Below are positions 47,195 through 54,971 of a DNA stretch of 64,000 nt, piece by piece; the first letter of the stretch is position 1, and every line of letters starts with the position of its first letter. The notes under the pieces were generated by a model. The model made no database searches. It was not told where the DNA came from and saw only the letters and a program-made list of their open reading frames with translations. Where the stretch lies: positions 248,001 through 312,000 of IMG/VR virus record IMGVR_UViG_3300034072_000758; one strand, 5' to 3'. Position numbers and translations under genes: made by a program.

Positions 47195-47303
47195 TTGCTC
47201 AACCAGAAAGGCGCTTACCCTCTGGGAGAAGCCTACTATGATAGATGGATGACTCCGTGTCAACACTTATTTTCAAACTTTTTGTGTTTGAATAAATATG
47301 TGT

Positions 47304-47837
47304 ATGATCGATTTAGAAAAGATACAGGAATCCCAACACCTTTTGGATGTTCTTCTACAGATGGAAGACGTTCTCGACTCGTTGGATTTGTACGTTTTTG
47401 AGAACTGGTATAATGGCGAGATCATTGATGGTCCGAACATCAAGAGATACTGGCTCGATTTCACGTTAAAATACGCATGGGACAAGCAACCAGACGATAA
47501 AGCTGCTTATCGTCTTATGAAACATGGTATTCGTGTATCCTTTGATAAGATGAGATATTCTAAGGGTAAGGAAGAACCGGAGATCGTTGAAGATGAAGAC
47601 GATGAAGAAAAGGTATTTCTTGCTGTAAAGATCAGTATACCTCGTATGCTTTGCGTACAAATTGCCGACGAAGAACTTGACTTCTACGATGAAGAAATTG
47701 ATGCGGAGGACGTTTCTGACGCTAAGGACTCTGACATCGAGAGTGAAGACGAATATTATGGAGACCAAGAAGGCGACGATGATATGAACGCCGACGCAGA
47801 AGGAGAGGCCCCAGATGACCAAGAAAAACCTCAGTGA
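47304..47837 (+). CDS. Acidic late protein of unknown function
   Basis: AATAAATA-TGTGT-ATG; LDSLDLYVFENW..GEII.GP...RYW. Confidence 0.75.
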   Translation: MIDLEKIQESQHLLDVLLQMEDVLDSLDLYVFENWYNGEIIDGPNIKRYWLDFTLKYAWDKQPDDKAAYRLMKHGIRVSFDKMRYSKGKEEPEIVEDEDDEEKVFLAVKISIPRMLCVQIADEELDFYDEEIDAEDVSDAKDSDIESEDEYYGDQEGDDDMNADAEGEAPDDQEKPQ

Positions 47838-49383
47838 GGGCCTAAGACGTGGTGATCTGGAAGACCAAGTTCTTCCTATGATCTCCTTCGATGAATATGA
47901 AAGCAACTTCGGCGACACCGCCCTGACTATCGCTTTTTATATTCATGGTAAGGACGCCGCGACCGACTTCAACAAATTTCTCCAAAAGTCTCACGTAAAC
48001 TTCCTCACGACCGATATTTCGCCATCGCAGGATAAGGACGGTTACTACGCTGTATTTGTCGAGTTCAAGATCGATGACAAGCTTATCGCCAACTTCTTTG
48101 ACATCATCGAAGAGGTAAATAACCTCACCCTGATCGAAGAATGGCAAATCCACTTGAATAACCGCGAACTCATGGCTCTCTCAAAAAAAGCCTTGGAGTT
48201 CTATATCCACGCCAAGTACGAGCGCGTGATCATGAAGGAAGATGTTCAAGAAGATACCAGCGTCGAACAAAAGGCCAAGGCATTCATTGTTAAAAATTTA
48301 GAACACCTCAGCAAGTATTATTCCCTACGTGATTTCAAGAGTGAAGACGCCGCGCGCGAGTTCTATTTTAACTCCTTGGAAAAGGACGATAAATCACCTT
48401 GGGTTCAAGCCATGCCAAGTAGTTTCCACGGTACTGAACTGAATAAGGCAATTAGTCTACTTGTGCCAATCTACAAGGCTGGTAAGAATTTCCGTATCGG
48501 CAAAGCTCCAAAGAAAGTTGCTAGAGACCCTTGGGCCGAAATTGATGTCACCACACCAAGCCTCGCGCCATTACAGTCTGTAGGCATTCTGAACCCATTC
48601 GACGGCTATAAAGTGAAGGGTGTGAAGATGCTCTCGATCAACGATATTAATATGACAGAAGACCATAGTTATACTACTGGTGGAGTCAAAAAAGTCGAAT
48701 GGTTGGCCGAGAAGATTAAAGAGAATGGGAAATTTACGGCCATTATCGTGAACCAAGATTATTCTATTTTGGACGGGCATCACCGTTTTAGAGCCATTCG
48801 TGATTATCTGCGTTACAAGACCATTCCCGCGCTGGTAATCGAAATCAATGACGGAACCAACGAAAGCTATCTGATCGAAGGCTCTGGGGAAGAAGTGACT
48901 TTTGAAAATGTTCACATTGATTTTCATCACGATCAACATGATTATGAATTACGTGCCATCATTCTGGGTAAAGTTGTTGGCTATATACGCTATGTCGTTT
49001 ATCAGGACGAAGTTCACCTCAGCATGATCAAGGTCCACGAGGATTACCGTCGCAAGGGAATAGCTACACAACTGGTGAAGCATCTACAAAAGATGTTCCC
49101 CAATACTGAAATACAAAAGGGTTCAATGACCGATGATGGTTCAAAGCTGTTTGGTGTCTTGCCAACTCATACTGTCGTTGATCCTAATTATGCGCCCAAG
49201 TTCAAGCGCCACGAAGAAGTCAAGAATATGTTAAAGAAATATTCCGATGACTTTGAGGCAATGTCGGATAAGTCAACCTTTATGGATACTCACTCGGATT
49301 GGAATGATCTCCACGACGAAAACGACAAGTTAGATCAAGAGCTTTACGGTAAAAAACCAACAAAAACAATATTTAAGGTGTAA
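47815..49383 (+). CDS. Multidomain late protein: N-terminal domain, ParB-like and GNAT
   Basis: MTKKNLSE; ILDGHHRFRA (ParB); IKVHEDYRRKGIATQL (GNAT). Confidence 0.75.
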   Translation: MTKKNLSEGLRRGDLEDQVLPMISFDEYESNFGDTALTIAFYIHGKDAATDFNKFLQKSHVNFLTTDISPSQDKDGYYAVFVEFKIDDKLIANFFDIIEEVNNLTLIEEWQIHLNNRELMALSKKALEFYIHAKYERVIMKEDVQEDTSVEQKAKAFIVKNLEHLSKYYSLRDFKSEDAAREFYFNSLEKDDKSPWVQAMPSSFHGTELNKAISLLVPIYKAGKNFRIGKAPKKVARDPWAEIDVTTPSLAPLQSVGILNPFDGYKVKGVKMLSINDINMTEDHSYTTGGVKKVEWLAEKIKENGKFTAIIVNQDYSILDGHHRFRAIRDYLRYKTIPALVIEINDGTNESYLIEGSGEEVTFENVHIDFHHDQHDYELRAIILGKVVGYIRYVVYQDEVHLSMIKVHEDYRRKGIATQLVKHLQKMFPNTEIQKGSMTDDGSKLFGVLPTHTVVDPNYAPKFKRHEEVKNMLKKYSDDFEAMSDKSTFMDTHSDWNDLHDENDKLDQELYGKKPTKTIFKV

Positions 49384-49386
49384 GAT

Positions 49387-49935
49387 ATGCGTTTATTTGA
49401 AATGTGCGGAGCATTCCATCAACCAGTTATCGATGAACTTAATCAAGTTCTGAGCGATACATTTGCGCTATATTTCAAGACGCATACTTATCACTGGAAT
49501 GTGGAAGGTATGTTCTTCCACTCTCTTCACGATCTTTTCGGTAAACAATATACCGAAATGTGGGAATCAATTGACGAGATTGCTGAACAAATTCGCCAAC
49601 TAGGTGCCAAGCCAGCTACCGCGATGAAAGACATGATGCCTACCGTTATCACGAACGGTCGTCCAGACATGAGCGCCAAGGATATGATCATCGATTTGCG
49701 AAATGGCCATAGCTTGATCATTGATCGTTTAAGAGAAGCTATACGCATTGCTCAAAACAACGGTGACGAAGGCACAGCCGATCTCTTCATTCAACGCATC
49801 AAGGCCCATCAAAAGCATATGTGGATGCTGGCTTCCAGTGCCAAGGAGATTATTGATTCCCCGGCTCCGGTAGAAGATGCCGTTCGATCCGACATCAGCG
49901 TTGCTTCCGTGCTTATTTCGGTTTCACGAGATTAA
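49387..49935 (+). CDS. dps: Dps/ferritin-like protein with MRLFE leader
   Basis: LYFKTHTYHWNVEG..F.SLH.LF..QY...DEIAE.IR.LG...D.GTADL...HQKHMWML. Confidence 0.9.
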   Translation: MRLFEMCGAFHQPVIDELNQVLSDTFALYFKTHTYHWNVEGMFFHSLHDLFGKQYTEMWESIDEIAEQIRQLGAKPATAMKDMMPTVITNGRPDMSAKDMIIDLRNGHSLIIDRLREAIRIAQNNGDEGTADLFIQRIKAHQKHMWMLASSAKEIIDSPAPVEDAVRSDISVASVLISVSRD

Positions 49936-50239
49936 GAGAACGTTTATTCACAATTCGCACTGTGGTGTAGATTGGGATAGTAAATATCCCAACAATAATT
50001 CCAATCGCAAGGACCGCTGGGGCGAGCATTCCGAACAAGAACGCACCGAGAGTGGTTACCAGAGAGCATAAAATAGAATCTCCAATAGGAGTTTTTTTAA
50101 GACATTTCTTTTGATCTACGTAAAACAAGTAGAAGAAAATATTGAATGCTATAAACACGAGAATAAGGACCAAGGGCATATTACCGAAGAATAGACCCAA
50201 CCATTTAATCATGATAGCGAAGGGGTTCTCCATATACAT
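49913..50239 (-). CDS. Membrane protein
   Basis: Hydrophobic helices. Confidence 0.6.
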   Translation of the reverse strand: MYMENPFAIMIKWLGLFFGNMPLVLILVFIAFNIFFYLFYVDQKKCLKKTPIGDSILCSLVTTLGAFLFGMLAPAVLAIGIIVGIFTIPIYTTVRIVNKRSLNLVKPK

Positions 50240-50745
50240 TAAATAGCCTCACCAGCAATCAACTTATCATAGAGCTTTTGTTCGAGTACGAATACCTCTA
50301 CTTGGGTCTTACACCCGACTTCACAATCCTTGATGATCTCGGAAATGACTTTCCAATCGCCGCCACCCAGACCCGCGCCGATTAATGGGATGCGAACTAC
50401 CAATTCGGCAGCATTGGCAAACTGGCAGACATCGCTCATAGCTTTAGCAACAGCAACGTAATTGACCTGACGACGATTCGTGCCCGTATTTTGTTGGGTA
50501 ATACAGTTGGCAATTAGGACTTCATTTTCAGGGTTGCCATCATTGTGATGGTAGTACACCACCTCGCCAAGTTTCAAGCCGTTCTTTTGGTGCCAGCGGG
50601 AATATTCCGAAAAACATGCGGGAAATTGATCCTTGATCGCCTTAGCGATCCCCGAACCCATCACACCTAGAGCATTACACCCGTGCGCGATCAAACCGCC
50701 TCTGATGTTTTCGGGAGCAAGAAGATTGCCGTGGTAATAGAGCAT
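50239..50745 (-). CDS. Macrodomain (ADP-ribose processing) protein
   Basis: GNLL...IAHGCNALGVMGSGIAKAIK...PLIGAGLGGGDW. Confidence 0.9.
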   Translation of the reverse strand: MLYYHGNLLAPENIRGGLIAHGCNALGVMGSGIAKAIKDQFPACFSEYSRWHQKNGLKLGEVVYYHHNDGNPENEVLIANCITQQNTGTNRRQVNYVAVAKAMSDVCQFANAAELVVRIPLIGAGLGGGDWKVISEIIKDCEVGCKTQVEVFVLEQKLYDKLIAGEAI

Positions 50746-50793
50746 GATACAAATCCTATAACTCGGATTAACTTTGTCTTAGGATTTGTATCA
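50745..50793 (-). promoter_or_regulatory. 14-bp hairpin covering the RBS and start of the macrodomain gene
   Basis: TGATACAAATCCTA ... TAGGATTTGTATCA perfect inverted repeat. Confidence 0.65.
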
Positions 50794-50797
50794 GATT

Positions 50798-51523
50798 TTA
50801 TCGGACATCCGCAATATCTAATTTGCGCTCGACTGACCAATTTTCTGGCATGAACTTAGGTGACATAACTTCTAGGAAATGCTTGCGCCAAAGAATGACG
50901 AACTCGTGGAGCTTTTCTGGGGTGTCAAGCTTTTCAACCACACGCTTGGCCCAATCGAAATACTTGATCTCCATCGTATCTTTGTAGCTCGCAAATTGTT
51001 GAAGGCGCTCTCTACGCTCCGGGGGAATTAGATGACCATAACGCTCCAAAGTCAAATGCGCTTTAATCGCAGATCGACTTTGGTTGGCTTCGTTTTGAAG
51101 CTCATTAAATGGACGACCGAGATAGCGTTCACACAGTTCTTCTCGATAGCGATCTCCCACACGCTCGTAAGTCTCATGACATTCGCCACAGACAAATAGA
51201 ACATCGTGGAACGAATGCGCCTTGTTCTCGACCGGAAAGTATCGACGGAAAGCCGAAGGGACAACATGATGCCGAGTCAGAAGGTCTTTACTCCCACAAC
51301 ACACACATTGATTTTGGAAATTTTGGAGGTAATAGTCGTCATCATGCTTCCCCTTACCGTTCGGAACAAACAGTAAGCGATAGGACTGTTGATCGTCATC
51401 CATCCATTCAGCAAGACCACGATTGATATACCACAAAGCTTTATCCTTGGTGGTACTACACATCAATGTCCCGTCCATATGGAACATTTTGTATGAGTCG
51501 TAGAAACGCTTAGTGCCTTGCAT
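50798..51523 (-). CDS. HNH/zinc protein resembling the EXD2 C-terminal domain
   Basis: KALWYI.RGL...YY....NQCVCCG...TRHHVVP..FRRYFP...K.H.FHDVL..C..CH. Confidence 0.7.
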   Translation of the reverse strand: MQGTKRFYDSYKMFHMDGTLMCSTTKDKALWYINRGLAEWMDDDQQSYRLLFVPNGKGKHDDDYYLQNFQNQCVCCGSKDLLTRHHVVPSAFRRYFPVENKAHSFHDVLFVCGECHETYERVGDRYREELCERYLGRPFNELQNEANQSRSAIKAHLTLERYGHLIPPERRERLQQFASYKDTMEIKYFDWAKRVVEKLDTPEKLHEFVILWRKHFLEVMSPKFMPENWSVERKLDIADVR

Positions 51524-51561
51524 GACATATCCCTTTCCCTTTTAATATAGAGGGTAGCCGC

Positions 51562-52029
51562 TCAGGCGTCAACCTTTGTGAAATAGAAATCCAACATATT
51601 GAATTGAAATGCGTTGGCTTGCGGTATTGTCATATTTGGTGATTGTAATAAAATAATATTTGTTACTTTATAAATGATAGTTCTTACTCGATCATCCTCA
51701 CTCATTGTGGGGTTAGAATAAACACCCGCCTGTTGCTCTGCTAAAAAATTCCAAGCATCTATAATATGTTTCATACAAGAGAACGAATAGTATCTGAGTA
51801 AGTTTGGTTCAGATTCTAAATTGTTATGCCAGACGAAAAACGATCCTTTTTGATAAAAATCGACATCACCCGTGGGTATAGACTTATATCCGCTGGTAAT
51901 AGAAGTCAAAGCTTTTGTATGAATATTATCGGGATAGCTGTCGTACACCAGACCCAGAATATCGAGATACAGAAGGAGAAACCTTTGTAAATTGATCTCG
52001 TATTTTCGGTCCATTATGGCAACTAACAT
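51562..52029 (-). CDS. Hypothetical protein
   Basis: Operonic ORF. Confidence 0.55.
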   Translation of the reverse strand: MLVAIMDRKYEINLQRFLLLYLDILGLVYDSYPDNIHTKALTSITSGYKSIPTGDVDFYQKGSFFVWHNNLESEPNLLRYYSFSCMKHIIDAWNFLAEQQAGVYSNPTMSEDDRVRTIIYKVTNIILLQSPNMTIPQANAFQFNMLDFYFTKVDA

Positions 52030-52676
52030 TCAACTCCCGACAACGAAGGCTTCATGGCCTTCACCAGATTTACTCTAGTATTTAATTGCGAAATCATTCC
52101 ACGCACCATATTTCGGGTATATTTTTCGTCGGTATTGCTTTCGTCTTCAACCCACCAGAGATCGCGCGTATAAGACATGCGGTAAATCTCTTCTTTCTCG
52201 AATGACAGAAGAGGCTTATAGCGCACCATGTTGCGATGATAAGAAAAGGTTTTCATGTTCAGCGAATCATGTGGTTTTCCACGCATGAGAGACATGAATA
52301 CCTGTTCCACGTTGTCATTAAGATTATGAGCGGTGATAACCAGATTGGAACTCCCGCTAATCACACTCTCGACATACTTCCAGCGCTGATCATGCGCTTG
52401 GGCCTCAGTATTTGTTTTGGAGATATTACGCCCATGTCCGTGGTGAAATGTGATTCCGTGTTGTTCACAGAGCGTTTTAATACCCTGAGCTTCAACGTCA
52501 TCCGTATCTCGGATATGGTGTTGAAAATGAATTACTTCAAATGAAAATCCATTTCTTACCATCAAATCGAAGAGGAACATCGAGTCCACGCCGCCCGACA
52601 CCATCAGGTAAGTATGATCATACTTCTTGACGGTTTCCAACATATGTTGGATGACTTTGCGGATAGATGCTTGCAT
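52023..52676 (-). CDS. tilS: tRNA(Ile)-lysidine synthetase, catalytic domain only
   Basis: VSGGVDSM, HFQHHIR, TAHNLND..E, KPLL, WVEDESN....YTRN.VR. Confidence 0.85.
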   Translation of the reverse strand: MQASIRKVIQHMLETVKKYDHTYLMVSGGVDSMFLFDLMVRNGFSFEVIHFQHHIRDTDDVEAQGIKTLCEQHGITFHHGHGRNISKTNTEAQAHDQRWKYVESVISGSSNLVITAHNLNDNVEQVFMSLMRGKPHDSLNMKTFSYHRNMVRYKPLLSFEKEEIYRMSYTRDLWWVEDESNTDEKYTRNMVRGMISQLNTRVNLVKAMKPSLSGVEC

Positions 52677-53161
52677 TATTCCTCCTTAAGCGCTTCCTGA
52701 AAAGCTCTCGCTCGTAAGCGATACATATTATACAAGTATTCGGAAACGGTCAACAAAGTATCTTGTTGATCATGTTTGCCGATATAGTGTGTAAATAAGC
52801 TGAACTCCGACTCCAACAAAGCTTCGCGGAAGGCCGGGTTTTGTTCATAGCATTCGTTGTAGGCGCGCTCCATTAGGTCTTTGTACTGCTTGGAGTTTCG
52901 CTTGATGGGGTCTTCCAACCAATAGACCGTTTGATCCTCTTTCCAGACGTTTCCGCGCTCTTGTCCGACCTTGAAGGCTTCGAACGACTTCTCCATCGTG
53001 GCGATCTCGAATTGTTCCTCCAACGTCTTGAACTTCAAGCACTGAATAAACGTTTCCATCGACGTACATGGCATGTCATCCATAACGAAGGGATAGTTGT
53101 AAAGATTGGACAGTCTCTTACCGAGACCTTGCTGTTTAATGCCTAATTCTATAGATTTCAT
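52676..53161 (-). CDS. NADAR-like (T4 gp30.3-type) protein
   Basis: LSNLY.YPF.MD...C.S.E.FIQCLKF...QN..FR.ALL. Confidence 0.7.
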   Translation of the reverse strand: MKSIELGIKQQGLGKRLSNLYNYPFVMDDMPCTSMETFIQCLKFKTLEEQFEIATMEKSFEAFKVGQERGNVWKEDQTVYWLEDPIKRNSKQYKDLMERAYNECYEQNPAFREALLESEFSLFTHYIGKHDQQDTLLTVSEYLYNMYRLRARAFQEALKEE

Positions 53162-53240
53162 GACTCACCTCATTTTCTTTTCAAAGATAATAGCACATTT
53201 GAGACTTGAAGGCGAAATAGAAATCAATTAGGCTAGAAGT

Positions 53241-53555
53241 ATGATCAGCTATCACTATACCCATGCGCGGAACGCCGAAGCCATCTATGATGCGCTCTTG
53301 AAGAAGATCGAGTGGATTCCCCAACAGAATTTTGAAATGGAGCTTTTTGGGTATCCGAGCAAACTCAAAACATCACTCTGTAAAGAAATCATGATGATGT
53401 ATATCAGCCATGTCGAAACCGAAGACTTGGAAATTGTCTTCGGCGTCAAGTGGGCGGGGCTGGATAAAGTGAAATGTTACGCCATTTACATGTCGGCCAG
53501 ATCGGAGAAAGCCGCCGAAGACTGGCTAATGGACATCATGCTTTATTTAAATTGA
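53241..53555 (+). CDS. Hypothetical protein, C-terminal tail family
   Basis: Ends AEDWLMDIMLYLN. Confidence 0.6.
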   Translation: MISYHYTHARNAEAIYDALLKKIEWIPQQNFEMELFGYPSKLKTSLCKEIMMMYISHVETEDLEIVFGVKWAGLDKVKCYAIYMSARSEKAAEDWLMDIMLYLN

Positions 53556-53823
53556 CCGATTGCTCGATCCGAAGCATGAACATCATCAGGTCATCGTCAT
53601 CGAAGGTCACAACCAGTCCCTTGATAGAAGATGATGGGAAGTTCGTTTTTAACATTTCATCGAACGCCGGGTTCGATTTGAAGAGAGTGAAATTTTCACC
53701 GTTCCGTATAAGAACGTTGTCATACGCAAAATCGTAAGTGCTCGCGGTGTATGGTTTGGAGGACTTGACTTCCTCCATAACCATAATTTTCACACCGTCG
53801 ATTTCCATATAGGATTTTTTCAT
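53536..53823 (-). CDS. Hypothetical protein, C-terminal tail family
   Basis: FDDDDLMMFMLRI near the C-terminus. Confidence 0.6.
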   Translation of the reverse strand: MKKSYMEIDGVKIMVMEEVKSSKPYTASTYDFAYDNVLIRNGENFTLFKSNPAFDEMLKTNFPSSSIKGLVVTFDDDDLMMFMLRIEQSVNLNKA

Positions 53824-54431
53824 AGTTCAACCGAAGGGTCCGATAGGACTTTCAGGACGCGAGTGGCACCTTCTCCGCTATGGCGATAGTTGGGAGCCAT
53901 GAACTCATAGCCTTCGACCACGAGTACACCATCGGGCAAAACATCACCCACTACGACTTTCTCGTAGCTTGTCAGACCGAACGCAATGAAGCCCATAGCC
54001 ACATAGTCACCACGCTTCGCCTCGGCCAGATCGGTAACTTTCTTGCCTCTGCGCTTTTTAGGTGGAGTTTTGGGGACATCAGCGGCGAGGATATATTCGC
54101 CATCGTAGCGGGTAAGTTCAGACATAACACCGTCAACGAAACGATAGCCCCAGCCGGTCCCGGCGTTGTCGCCGTCGCTGCTGCTGAACCAGATTTCGCC
54201 GTTGACCTTGTTGTCCAAAAGGATTTTCAGAACCTCCTTATTCCAGACATAATCCATCCATTCCTTATGGCGTCTCAGGAAGACGAGCTTGTCACCTTCG
54301 TAAGAAATGCCTATACCGTTGATGGGTTTGCTGAAACGGGGATCGACCCAATGCTCAAGAGCGTTGATGCCAGCTTTGACCCCATCATTGATAATGAGGT
54401 CGTTTTTTACGAGATTGATATACCACCCCAT
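53820..54431 (-). CDS. Hypothetical protein
   Basis: Start MGWYI directly after upstream stop. Confidence 0.65.
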   Translation of the reverse strand: MGWYINLVKNDLIINDGVKAGINALEHWVDPRFSKPINGIGISYEGDKLVFLRRHKEWMDYVWNKEVLKILLDNKVNGEIWFSSSDGDNAGTGWGYRFVDGVMSELTRYDGEYILAADVPKTPPKKRRGKKVTDLAEAKRGDYVAMGFIAFGLTSYEKVVVGDVLPDGVLVVEGYEFMAPNYRHSGEGATRVLKVLSDPSVEL

Positions 54432-54432
54432 T

Positions 54433-54702
54433 TTACACCGGATCATAAGTTGCGAGGAAGATGCCTTCCTTACAAGGATAAAACTCACCCTTCACGCCTT
54501 TGATGATGTAATCTGACGGAATGGCAGTCATCGAGCCTTCCAAAGTTTCGATGATGATAATTGTTTGGGAGTGATCCGTTGGATTAAGATCACCCTCTAA
54601 CACGGCAGACTCGCCGATAAAGTCCAAAACTTCTTGGACATTATCAAGTCTGAACTGTAAAGCGTCGATCTGGACGGGTTTCTTGGTGTACTGTCTTACC
54701 AT
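54433..54702 (-). CDS. Small phage protein of the KKPV...GDYIIKGVKGEFYPCK type
   Basis: YTKKPVQIDALQF...TLEG...DYIIKGVKGEFYPCK..IF..TY. Confidence 0.8.
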   Translation of the reverse strand: MVRQYTKKPVQIDALQFRLDNVQEVLDFIGESAVLEGDLNPTDHSQTIIIIETLEGSMTAIPSDYIIKGVKGEFYPCKEGIFLATYDPV

Positions 54703-54958
54703 TGAGTTTTTCCGTTTTTATGTAGAATAGGTCATCCGAGGTAACCCAAGGTAATCTGGTCTTTGCCTTGGTCATATGCCATCCACGGCAATTTTCGCAC
54801 TGATAAACACCCATTACGCGAGGTGCGTTCTCTTGAGTATTGATAACATGCTGCGCCGAAATTCTTGCCGTAAACTCGTCAGAATAGCGACGTTTGTTTC
54901 GACAATGCTTATCCCATGCGTCTTGAGTTCGACCATGAGATTTATTCGGGGCAGTCAT
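54644..54958 (-). CDS. Small zinc-binding protein
   Basis: C..KRRY...Y.C..C.GWHMT. Confidence 0.65.
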   Translation of the reverse strand: MTAPNKSHGRTQDAWDKHCRNKRRYSDEFTARISAQHVINTQENAPRVMGVYQCENCRGWHMTKAKTRLPWVTSDDLFYIKTEKLNGKTVHQETRPDRRFTVQT

Positions 54959-54971
54959 GTTATGTCCTTTC

